From Azolla caroliniana (lineage: Eukaryota > Plantae > Polypodiophyta), in the NCBI GenBank assembly GCA_043228905.1, contig JBHGNT010000002.1:6014001-6078000 (forward strand): a DNA stretch of 64,000 nucleotides, in the 5' to 3' direction. Under the pieces are notes generated by a model. That model searched no databases. It was not told the origin of the DNA and saw nothing but the letters and a program-made list of their open reading frames with translations. Below, piece by piece: positions 12,017-23,759 of the stretch. Both the position numbers and the translations under genes were made by a program. Each line of letters starts with the position of its first letter. Within the stretch, counting starts at the first letter, position 1.

Positions 12017-15000
12017 ATGAAAGCGAGATCTCCGCCTAAAAATCGACAAATAGCAACCATGTCTTCAAAGAAAGTCGAGCGCCAAGACTCCGAGTAACCC
12101 TCTAACACTGTGGACATTTTTGTAAATATGTTTTAGCAGTATTGAGTTCTTGTGTGAAGTTTAGGTTTTATTCAGGAACTTGATACGGCGTATCGAGTTC
12201 CTGTTTAAAGTGTTTGTTTTAAAGAGGAACTCGATACGCCGTATCGAGTCCCTGTATAATGTTTGTGTTTTATACAGGAACTCGATACGACGTATCGAGT
12301 TCCTGTTTAAAGCTGTTGTTTTAAAGAGGAACTGTATAAAACACAAACATTATACAGGAACTGGAGCGAGATCCTATACACAGTTTGTATTTTCCTTGAT
12401 ATAGTGTGCGTATTAAATAGGAACTGGATACGACGTATCGAGTTCCTGTGTTATGTAACACTTTTACAGAGGAACTCAATACAACTTATCGAGCTCTTGT
12501 ATTATGTTTGTGTTTTATACATGGACTTGATACGGCATTTCGAGTTCTTGTATAAAATTCCTGTTTTGTACAGGAACTCGATACACCGTAACGAGTTCTT
12601 GTGTAAAGTATGTGTTTGATACACGAACTCGATACCCTGCATCGATTTCATGTATAGACACGAACTATATACAGGAACACGAGACGGCATATCGAGTTCT
12701 TATATAAAACAAGAACTTTAAAGAGGAATATTATCTCTTTGGGGCAACAATTTCGTATTGTGTGAAAAGATATCAAACTTGATGTCAAAATCAGTCTTTT
12801 TTTAGGGTGATTTGCCTGATTTTGTAACCAATAGGGGCCTTAATTATAGAGGTTTTATGACCTAGTATAGCTTTAAATAGTAGAAAATAACCCACAAATT
12901 ACCTTTACGATACCAAACTTAAGTCTATCATATGCAAATTCTCTAGAATATGGATATGGAATCAATATAAGCCATACCTACCCTTCAAGACAATATATAT
13001 CCTTGTATACTTATTAAGATATATATTTTCTAAGTTGAATAGCCCTTACTAGAATGGATTTCTGAATAAAGGACTACCATGTTCACTCAATGCATGATTG
13101 ATATTTATAGTTTACCACAAATCGCCTGCTAGTTTATGTCTTCATCTAATTATTTGTATTTTAATATACAACCTTAATCTACGTGACCACCTAACTTATG
13201 TTTTCGCATGTCCTTTCTTAAATAGGTCGTTTGAGAACTTGTCGGATCGACTTGTGAAGAAGATAAAGCTCCGCATACAAGGTTCTCCAATTGAAACACA
13301 GACCCTAATAGCTCCCGAGACCATGAAGAGAGGAAAAAAGCTTCTCTTCAACGAGGAGACAAAATCTCAACCACCCATTGAGGTTAGCCAAAAGAAACTA
13401 TTAGTAGCTACTGGTGGTGAAGACCTTCCTAACCGTGATCTAACGGACAAGGAATGGTGTATGCAATGCATCAACTCCAAGAAAAAAGTCGTATTGTATA
13501 AATCAAAGAAGAAGGGCAAGGGGCAGCTTGAAAATGAAACCCCATTTATGTATGGCCCTATTCTCCGATTTGACTACGAAGATGCAGATTCGGCCAACAT
13601 ACTTGTAATGATAGAGTGCTCTAAGGGGGTACGTAAAGTGTTCCTTTCCGAAGATCTTCTAGTAAAGGAATCTTGTGGGCCAGAAGCTTTCAAAAAAGAT
13701 CTAGAAAGCTCACAAAACCTTATTGTTACCTTGAGGCCTTATATACAAGGCCATGTAACTCTAAGGGAGTCATTGTCCTCCCCTGTGAAGGCCACAAAAA
13801 GGGCATCTAAAGTACAATCAAGACCACCAAAATGTCGAACTCCGACTCATCAAGTGAAAACGAAGATGAGGACACTAAGGGGACGCCAGGAGCTGAGCTA
13901 GCATCAAGTGTGTTATCATCTGAGCAGAATAAGATACGAAGAGAGTTAAGCAGCGTAAACTGGTAAGGAAAGGGCAAGTGTTTAATTTGCCTATAACACA
14001 CATCCATCGGCCCCCTATTGATGAAAAAATAGGACAAATACCACTTGAGATTAGAGAGCCACACCGAATGCATGTTCAAAATCTTAAGAAAAAAAATGAA
14101 AATTAATCCTCATGCTACCGTTGTGCTTTTTATTGTTATGGTGGATATTGAAGAATGTGAAGCCATTGAAGATTTTGATATAAGAAAGCATGATCAATAT
14201 AATTACTTTGTCATTGGTGGATCGCATTCAACGGAGGCACGTTGGCAACTTGTGAGAGAACATCCAACGACTTTCTTCTTCAAGTATGCCGAGTGCAAAA
14301 TTTACGTGGGTCTCACAACTGAAGAGGCAAAGTTGTTGGCATGGGACCACAATAACGATAATGACTATAGGTAGAAAATGTCATTTATTAAGCATATAAG
14401 GTATTTCTAGCACGAGTATTTGGACGTCAAACAAAAGTTTGGTGTGAAGTTACATCTAGGCCTACGACGTCAATGCTTGCATGAAGTCGGCATTGTGGTA
14501 GATGATAATGTTAAGTCCGATGGTCTTCGAAAATATGAGTCTTGGTTTCAATTGGCCTTTAGAGATGGAGAAGATCAAATCTTCTCAATGTGGGAGAATA
14601 AGGAGGTCAAGGGTCAACGACAAAAGAAATGTAAGGTTGACCCTCAATTAGAATTAAAGTCACAAGCGGCCAAGAAAATTGACTTGACAATTGAAGAAGC
14701 GGCTGGCGACATGAAGCTGTCTCTGTGGAGAGCGATGCAAGGTATTAAGGACGAGCAACTTCTTGTGTCTGTTTTGTCAAGGGTTGTGGCCAAAGATTTA
14801 AGCCTTGAAGAAATGGTGACTGAGTTCAATAAGTAAGTCTTTCAAATACTGATTTTGAAGTCTATATGGTGCAATTGGAAGTTCTAATCTCGTTTTCTAA
14901 TTTCACAGTCATAAGGTGTACATGAAGATCCAAGAAGTTATGATGAAACAACTTGGATGTATAACTTGGGAACAAGTGACCGAGGATTATCCTCTAACTT

Positions 15001-16379
15001 CTTCATATAAGGCGTTATCGGATTATTTTATTGCATTCAACGATTGGGTTAGTATTGGTGGTTTTTCATTAAGTTTTCATCATATGTAGAGCTTGTACAA
15101 TAAAACTTGATGTCCTATTGCTTCTACTAGAAACCGTGTCATGGCAAGAAACAAGGAGAAGTTAAGGATATACACGATTTCCCGACATCCTTCCTTGCAC
15201 ATCTCGAGAGAGTCAAAAAAGAAAAGGATCGTTGCTTAGTCAAGGCGTACGAAATGGAGGAAGATGGCTCCTTCAAAAAATTTAGCCACAAAAAAGATAT
15301 TACGAGAGATCTTTACTACAATGTGGTTTGCGGCGATGTCATTGACATGATCCAAAAAGTGCCAAAGAAGGAATATACGCTAATGATTGCGGATATTCCT
15401 TACGGATTTCGAATGGTAGGGTCATTATATGACGATGAACTGTTTAGGTTTAAACAGTTGGAGAAGATGGTCAAGGATTTTACTGAGCTAACGACTGCAT
15501 CCTTGTGGAGAATAGTTGTCCTTCATAGTATGGACCAAGGGTACTCGATAGCTCGAGCTTTGAGATCTCGTTTCCATGGCATCGAGAACCTTGCATGGTA
15601 AGATTGTTCAATCTATTCTTAACTCGATGTAATATTTTTTATAGGATAAAAACCAATGTAAATAGAGGGCCAACCTTTTGGTTCGTTAATGCGATTGAAT
15701 ACATCACGGTTGGCTACTTCAATGAAATTAAGAAACAAAGAATCAAGGAGCATTCTAATGAAGTGGGAGGTTCAAATCTGCTAGTATATCGAGCAGTGAC
15801 ACGGAAATTGCGACATGTCACCACGACAGAACGGGGACTTGTCAACCCATACCAAAAACCTCAACGACTTATGATGTGCTTGATCGAAATGTTTTCTATC
15901 GAAGGAGATTGGATATTAGATCTCTTTTTTGGCACAGGTATTCCTCGAACTAGGGTAACGATCTTGAGATAACCAATACCGAATCTTTTTTGTTTGAGAA
16001 CTAATTCTTCTTGTTACTTTCTTCACAAGAACGATGTCTGCATGTGCATTGAAGCTCTTTAGAAACACAGTTGCATTGGAGAAGGACGAGGAGCAGGTTA
16101 TATTTATAAACATGAGGATTAAGGCTTTGTGGGAGTGCCCAGACCAGGACGAGGAGGTTGGTGCAAAGAACCTCGCTGATACAGAAAGGTTTCAACCTGC
16201 TTCATGAGAGCCTATTCCCCCGTTAGCCAGCGAACCGGGGGAGCTAATAGAGCTTGATGATGAGCTTATAGAAGATATTTCATTGGCTCGGCTAACAGGG
16301 GAAGCCAATGCACGTATAGCCAAAGAGACTTCTACAGGATGATGAAGAAAATGACATTGACGATTTGATTGCTATGTAA
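12017..16379 (+). pseudogene. Spliced ParB/Srx-like domain + beta-class N6-adenine/N4-cytosine DNA methyltransferase gene, disrupted
   Basis: Frame-consistent introns 12094-13225, 14833-14908, 15048-15130, 15598-15644 and 15938-16028 (last acceptor AG appears mutated to AA). ParB-like HVQNLKKK..YFVIGGSHSTEA..GLTTEEAKLLAWDHN. MTase motifs GDVID, ADIPYG, LAW|IKT, EYITV, NPYQKP, GDWILDLFFGTG|TMSACALKLFRNTVALEKD. Confidence 0.85.
12139..12705. repeat. 51-bp-period palindromic tandem array in intron 1
   Basis: Core CAGGAACTCGATAC-GNC-GTATCGAGTTCCTG; AGGAAC at 12174, 12225, 12276, 12327 and more degenerate units to about 12700; about 10 units. Confidence 0.92.
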
Positions 16380-16811
16380 TAGACTCTATGAAGAAAATGA
16401 CATTGATGATTTGTTTGGATTTCACATTATTAATACAAATTTTGGGTTTTACTTGGTGGATTCTATTCTTTATAATCTTCTATATGTTTCAATTTTATTT
16501 TTATATACTTGGTTAGTAGACTTATGACATTGGTTTCACCGCCTGCATAGTTGACTACCAAATTTATGGAGAAACATGAATTAGTTTAAATTGAGGCTGA
16601 TTTTGGTCCAAGTTTACCTTAACATAACATGGTCGTGGAATTGTTTCCATGACTGTCCATGTTGTTATTATGGATCTTTGTCTTCTATTGTTAAAACTAT
16701 TATGTTTCTATTCCATTGCTGCTTAGATTGTGTAGTGTGTTGATAATGGTTCCACTGGCGTTATCCGCATGTTTTTATATGCTTGTAGTTCCACTAGCGT
16801 TATCGTTCGGA

Positions 16812-17090
16812 GTTTGATCCCGTGTGAATCTCTCCTAAGCAATAGAGTAGATCAATTTTAAATACAAGTATGAAAGCCTTAATAGGTTTGTTATTTCCAC
16901 CACATTATCCTAAAGTTCACAGTCTTAAATTGTCCACAATTATATACATATGGTTTGATCCCATATGAACAAACTAAGGAATAGATGAGATCAACTTTAA
17001 ATACAAGTATTGAATACTTTAATAAGTTAGTTATTCCAATCACATTATCCTAAAGTGCACTATCCTACATTGTCCACAATTATATACATG
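16812..17090 (+). repeat. Diverged direct repeat of about 140 bp (2 copies)
   Basis: GTTTGATCCC...GATCAA..TTAAATACAAGTAT...CACATTATCCTAAAGT...TTGTCCACAATTATATACAT occurs at about 16812 and 16953. Confidence 0.8.
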
Positions 17091-17312
17091 CAAGTATGGG
17101 TCAAAGTATAAATTATAACTCATTTTATTAGTATGGTTACAAGTACACCTCATATTTTTGTAAAACTTACCAAATTAATATAAGTCTTTAACTTAGTGTT
17201 TCCCATGTCACACATTAGTGACATACTGAGCCATTGTTGAACTTTATTATGCCTACATTAACTTATCAACACGTCCAAACTTGCATGATTTCTAACGATC
17301 TCCACTCGTAGA

Positions 17313-20300
17313 TGTTGAGAGACAAGCTCAACATCGGCCGGATTTGCTGAGCAAGCCGAGGACTGGATCGGTTGGGACCGATCGGTTAGGCCGGACTGGT
17401 GCGTAAAATGGATACACAAACCGGTGCGTAACGAGAGGCCGTATCGGTGCGTAAACCGAAAGGCCGTTAGAGAGATATTCCTCATAAGGAATAGTTTTGG
17501 GAGTAAGTGTCGAGGCTCATTTATGAGCAGTCAAGTACTGTCAGTACTTGTGTCAGCCCGATTGTCAGGGCTTATATAAAAGGTGCTCACTGAGCACGGT
17601 GTATGTACCAAGAGTTAGTATTTTTTGAATTGAGTTTTTTGTGTGTTCTCTCCCTATCTCTCCCGCGTACTATGTATACTCAAGCTCTCCATTAAACCTG
17701 CGTATTTTCTGTGTGTTTGGTTTTCTATTGCTTCCGCACATAATCTTTTACATGCTATCAGAGTGCGAGGGTTGAGAACCTTTGCAACCGACATAGCTTG
17801 AAAGAAAAATGAACCAAGACGAACAGGCAAAACCGATGGATAGAGGCATGGCTAGCTCGCTTCCGACGGAGAAGCTCGACAGAAACAACTACACGTCTTG
17901 GTCTTACAAGATGCACCAGTACCTACTCGGACACAATTACTGGAGGTATGTCGATGGAGCAAATGACACAGCACCTGATTCGACACACAAAGACTTCCCA
18001 GCGTGGGAACAATTAGCAAGTAGAATGTTGTACTGTTTCGCGTCTTGTGTGGGCGAACAACTATTAAGCTACGTTCCGGATGCAAAAACGCCGAAGGGTG
18101 CGTGGGAAAATCTGAAGAAGATCTTCGCCGCGAGCACCATAGCCAGGAAGCTTCAGCTCCGACAAGAGTTGAGCAACCTACAACAACGCGATTTGTCGAT
18201 GGCTGAGTATACCTCGAAGATCAAGGATATATGAGAATCCTTAGCTTCCATCGATATGAATATCGAGGAAAGCAAGATGGTCCAAGTCTGTCTCGGGGGT
18301 TTGGCGTCAAAGTTCGGAGCGTTCCGAACTGCTGTGTGTACACGGGAGAATACGTCATCGTTTTTCGACTTACAATCGATGCTCCTTATAGACGAGAACC
18401 ACGCGTGTGCGTCGACAAGCACGCCTACTGACAGCAAGATACTGTACATGGAGGGAGATAGGCCCCGTCGTCGTGGCGGACGAGGTGAGTCAATACGCAA
18501 TGGAGGCGGCCGACGGGAACAAGGAAGAAGGCACCGAAGTGATGCCGACAGCAATTCTGGACCCTCCGGAAACAGGGGGAGTCGAGGAATGCTGGTACTG
18601 TGGCAAGAAAGGCCACAGGGAGAGCGAGCCCCGATTCGGAGAGAACCGGGTCTGGAACAGGTTCCGGACAGACCGACAAAGGAAATCGGCAATGATCACA
18701 CTACGCCGAAGGATCCTGAGAAGCCGGAAAAGGGTTAGTCTTCGTGACAAGACATGAAGCAAACTCCATGAAGAAGATCACCCCAAGGTCGGATGAGGTG
18801 TGGTACGTCGACTCCAGCGCGTCAAACCACATGACGTGCCACGAGGAGTGTTTCTCATACCTTGAGAAACCGACGCAACCAGGAGTACTTGCAACCGGAG
18901 ACGATACTCCGCATTCGATCGCAAATGTTGGTGAAGTTTCCTTGAGCCATGTTGGGCAACTTATGAACGTGCTACACGTCCCAACAATCACGAAGAATCT
19001 GGTGTTGGTCGGGCAGATCATCGACCAAGGGATGCAAGTCCGGTTCACGCATCTCGGGTGCTTCATCGAGGAAGAAGGCCGAGTTATTGCGCAAGGGCGT
19101 AGAGACGGGAGGATGTTCATCCTCGACTCTACTGACGGTAGCACCGCAATGTTCGCGAAGGGACAAAAAGTTGAGTCAGACATTGACTTATGGCACAAGC
19201 GGATAGGCCACGTCAACTACCAGCGACTTCAAGACCTGCAATCGAAACAAGTGGTGTTCGGATTGCCCAAATTTAGTGGCCGGAAGGCACAAATTTGTGA
19301 AACCTGCCAGCTTGGGAAGCAACACCGACTTCTTTTCCCCAACGAGCATAACCAGAGCCGGGACAAGCTCGACTTGATACACTCAGATGTGTGGGGGCCG
19401 GCACAAAATGTTAGTCTTGGCGGGAGCTGATATTTCGTCTCCTTCATCGACGACTACACGTGGCACACGTGGATCTACCTCATTGAGAGGAAGAGCGAAG
19501 TCTTTGACTGTTTCCGTGACCTCAAAGGGTTTGTGGAAACGGAAACAGGAAGAAAGATCAAGTGTCTGCGGTCGGATGGCAGAAAAGAATACTTTTCCGG
19601 TCAATTCAACGGTTATCTACAACAGATGGGAATTCGGCACGAATTTAGTTGTAGATACACGCCGGAGCAAAACGGCGTGGCCGAGAGGAAAAAACGGTCA
19701 GTTGTGGAAGCGGCATGGGCAATGCTAGAGGAGAAGAGCTTGCCCAAGTTCTACTGGGCCGAGGCGGTAAGGACTGCGGTATACATCCAGAACCGGATCG
19801 GAGACAAAGTGTCGGCCCATGAGCAGTACTTCGGAAGGAAGCCAAAACTACAACACTTGAGAGTTTTCGGTAGCATTGCGTATGTGCATGTGCCGAAGGA
19901 GAAACGGAGGAAGCTGGATGCAAAGGCCGAGAAATGTATCTTGGTCGGTTACTCGGACGAGCAGAAGGGTTATAAGTGCTATAACCCGCACACCAAACAA
20001 GCGCGCGTGAGCCGCGACGTTGTGTTTGACGAGTCCGCGTCCTGGTACTTGCCTCCGACTCCGAACCTCACCTCCAATCTGAGTTCTGATGATGAGGTCA
20101 ACAAGACTGAGATGCCTCCGGATGAGCCTGAAATCGGGACCCGTGAAGAGAGTCCGATTTCGTTTCGGTTAAGTGGACCGAATGGACGACTGAGTCGGTT
20201 CGACCAGTTCGATGAAGAGCCGACGACTAGTGGAAACTCGGCAGTGCATTCCCCATGGAGGAAGCCGAGGAGATGGCTTACTCACAAAGAGAAAGGGAAG

Positions 20301-21057
20301 AAGAAGGTGTCGGATTCCGGCACGGATGGGAACGAGTCAAACCGACACGAGTCCAACTCCGAGGGAAGCGGTGACGGGTCTTCAAGAGCGAAGTCCGTGT
20401 CGGTCGAGAAGACCTTGACACCGGCTAATGACCGATTACATCGATCTACCTGCCAGAAGAACCCAGATCTGTGGTTCGGATACAACGAGTACATGGGCCA
20501 TGGGAGCAGACAAGCCAACTGGAAGGGTCAAAGCGTGCAAAGTCGAATAGGCCGAGGAGCGCGAGCGAGGCGTGGAGCCAGGAGGAACCGGAGTGGTGAT
20601 CCGGAAGATCCCGAAGAGCCTCAAGTTGAGCTTGAGGGGGAGTGCTGAGAGACAAGCTCAACATCGGCCGGATCGGCTGAGCATGCCGAGGACTGGATCG
20701 GTTGGGACCGATTAGTTAGGCCGGACCAGTGCGTAAAACAGATACGCAAACCGATGCATAAACCGAAAGGCCGTTAGAGAGATATTCCTCGTAAGGAATA
20801 GATTTAGGAGTAAGTGTCAAGGCTCATTTATGAGCAATCAAGTACTGTCAGTACTTGTGTCAGCCCGATTGTCAGGGCTTGTATAAAAGGTGCTCACTGA
20901 GCACGGTGTATGTACAGAGGGTTAGTCTTTTTTGAATTGAGTTTTTTGTGTGTTCTCTCCCTGTCTCTCCCGCGTACTGTGTATACTCAAGCTCTCCATT
21001 AAACCTACGTATTTTCTGTGTTTGGTTTTCTATTGCTTCCGCACATAATCTTTTACA
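17313..21057 (+). mobile_element. Ty1/copia element A, internally deleted (gag-PR-IN only; RT/RNase H absent)
   Basis: LTRs 17313-17752 and 20643-21057; degenerate iMet PBS TGCTATCAGAG; PPT GAGGGGGAG; TSD GTAGA/ATAGA; WYVDSSASNHM, HSDVWGP, LRSDG, EQNGVAERK. Confidence 0.93.
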
Positions 21058-23389
21058 ATAGACCTATCATGTATTTTTATATTTGCAAATTCGAATCAAG
21101 TTGTGGAACATGTGATACTAGTGCATCCAATTTTCGTAGAGAGGGTATATTTGGATAGTTTCAAGAAGATTCTACAAGTGGAATGCGCAATCCTTCCACT
21201 TGTGAACGTGAACGTGATCTCTCACACAACTTACCAGGAAGGGACATGGCTTTTGAGAGTCTTACGAAGGGATTTACATCAGCTCCTATTGTCATACTAC
21301 CGAACTGTGTACTCTATGTTCTTACACATATGCTTCCGCATACGTATTCTTTTTCATGGTATCAGAGCACGAGGGTTGAGACTCCTCTACAGCAAATAGA
21401 AAATCTTGTGACAAGACAGAGTTAAGTTATTGTTTTTCGGAAAGGGTAAGACATCAATATGGACAGAGGAATTGGAAGCTCGCTACTGACTAAGAAGCTC
21501 GACAGGAGCAACTACGCATCTTGGTCGTACAAGATGCACCAGTACCTGCTTCGTCATGGCTACTAGAGTTATGTCGAAGGAGCTAACGATACAACACCCG
21601 AATCGACACACAGAGACTTTTGGCTTGGGAACAAGCGGCAAGCTGAGTTCTTTACTGCTTCGCGTCCTGTGTGAGCGACCAACGCTTGAGCTATATTCGG
21701 GATGCTAAGATGCCAAAGGACGCGTGGGCGAACCTCAAGAGGATTTTCGCCACTAGCACAACGGCCAAGAAGATGCAACTCAAGTAGCAGTTCAGAAATG
21801 TCTGACAGAAAGATCTATCTGTGGCCGATTACACAGCCTGAATCAAGGAGATCTACGACTCTCTCACCTCCATCAACGTGAATGTTGAAGAGGACGATAG
21901 TGTAAGTGTGTCTTGGTGGGTTAGCGTCAAAGTTCGGAACATTCCGGACGGCGGTCTACACAAGGGAGATTACGCATTCGTTCTTCGAGCTTCAGTCGAT
22001 GTTGCTCGTAGAGGAAAATTATGCGGGTCTGTCGACGAGTACGCACACCGACAACAAGATGTTGTACACGGAGGAAGATAGGCATTGTGGTCGTGGCGGA
22101 CAAGGCGGTTCGGTGTGCAATGGAGGTGGCCAAAAAGAGCAGAACTTGTGGCATAATTGAAATGCCAAAAGCAATTCGAACTCTCCAGAAGCAGGGGGAG
22201 TCATAGCGGCGCCAAAAGCCGCCAAGAGAAGGCCATAATGGAATGCTGGTACTATGGCAAGAAAGGCCATAGGGAGAGTGAGTGCTGGAAGAAGAGAGCT
22301 GATTCAGACAAAGCCGAATCGAGCGGAAGGGACATAGGAAGGTGTCTGTAATCGCACTACACCGAAGGCTCTGAACGAGCCGTAAATGGATCGGGCCCAG
22401 CCTTCGAAATGAAGAACAAGGCCAATTCAATGATCGTGAACACCTCGAAATTGAGCGAGGTGTGGTATGTTGATTCTGGAGCATCGAATAATATGACGAG
22501 TCATGAGGAATGGTTCTCATACTTGGAGAAACCGGAAAAACAAGGTGTGGTCGAAACGGGAGATGACACTCCGCATACCATCGAACATGTTGGAGAAGTT
22601 CCTTTCAGCCATGTCGGGCAAAAAGGGAAACTTATGAACGTGTTCGACGTCCTGACAATAACCAAGAACTTGGTGTCGGTCGGATAGATTATCAACCAGG
22701 GTTTGCAAGTTCGATTCACGCACCTCGGGTGCTACATTGAAGAGGAAGGCCATGCTATCGCACAAGGGTGCCGTGATGGGAGGATGTTCATCCTTGACAC
22801 CAATCAAGCCGGAACCGCATTGTTCGCGAAAGGAGAGAAGGTCGAGTCAAACATCGACTTGTGGCATAAGTGGTTCATGCACGTTAACTTCCCACGACTT
22901 CGTGAAATGCAAACGAAGAACATTGTTTTCGGCTTGCCGAAATTTCGGGGCCGTAATGGCCAAGTCTGCGAAGCCTGTTGGGAAACAACACTGACTTCCA
23001 TTCCCCAATGAGTTTAATCGTAGTCCAAATCCATTGGATTTGATCCATTCGGATGTGTGGGAACCGGCACAAAACATGAGTCTTGGTGGAAGTCGTTGCT
23101 TCGTAACCTTCATCGATGACTTCACTCGGCATCCATGGGCATGCTTGATCACGAAAAAGAGTGAAGTCTTCGCGTGGGTCCTGAAGGTGAAGAACCTTAC
23201 GGAAAGGGAAACAGGGCATAAGATCAAGTGCCTATGGTCCGATGGTGGGAAGGAGTACTCCTCCAACAAGTTCACAAGTTATCTATAGAAGGAGGGAATT
23301 CGATGCGAATTCTCATGTAGATATACGACGTAGCTGAATGGAAGAATCGGAAAATCGAAGAAGCCGCTAGGGCAATGCTTGAAGAGAAG

Positions 23390-23720
23390 TGTTGAGTGGC
23401 AAGCTCAACTGGAGCCGGATCGATTGAATAAGCCGGAGCCGGTAAGCGAGATGGATCGGGCGAAACGGATCGGTATGACGGTGAGCAACTGAACCGGCAA
23501 GTAGTGGAGGCCAGGTGCAATCTGTAACCGGAAGTCCAATCGGAAGCCTAGTATAGGATAGACTACTAGGTAGCTATAGTCTCGTAGTAAGTGTCAGATG
23601 CTCGTGTGAGCATTGAAGTACATGGTACTTCTGTCAGTCCCAAGAGGACTTGTATAAATAGTGTTACTTAGCACAGTGTGTGTACAGAGTCTTGATATAA
23701 TTTTGAAATTGTGTTCTGCT

Positions 23721-23759
<39 letters not shown>

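Larger units (their letters stand above)
8581..17200. mobile_element. Putative Sola-like DNA transposon carrying a ParB-methyltransferase cargo gene (ends not resolved)
   Basis: Divergent transposase and MTase genes with no intervening retroelement; left end truncated at gypsy junction 8580/8581; no TIR pair found, right boundary approximate. Confidence 0.55.

Noticed and set aside
12161-12690. ORFs with RNSIRRIEFL repeats on both strands
   Set aside because: By-product of a 51-bp palindromic repeat inside the predicted intron.
12139-12705. CRISPR array
   Set aside because: Linkers are only about 20 nt and resemble each other, no cas genes are present, and the array lies in a spliceosomal intron.
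13098-16379. Bacterial contamination or restriction-modification operon
   Set aside because: Frame-consistent GT-AG introns, TATA box, plant retroelement flanks, and no endonuclease partner.
21058-21297. Possible gene (ORFs 21103-21425)
   Set aside because: Patchwork of unidentified sequence, a short gypsy RT-RH linker (AFESLTKGFTSAP) and an LTR fragment; no coherent product.
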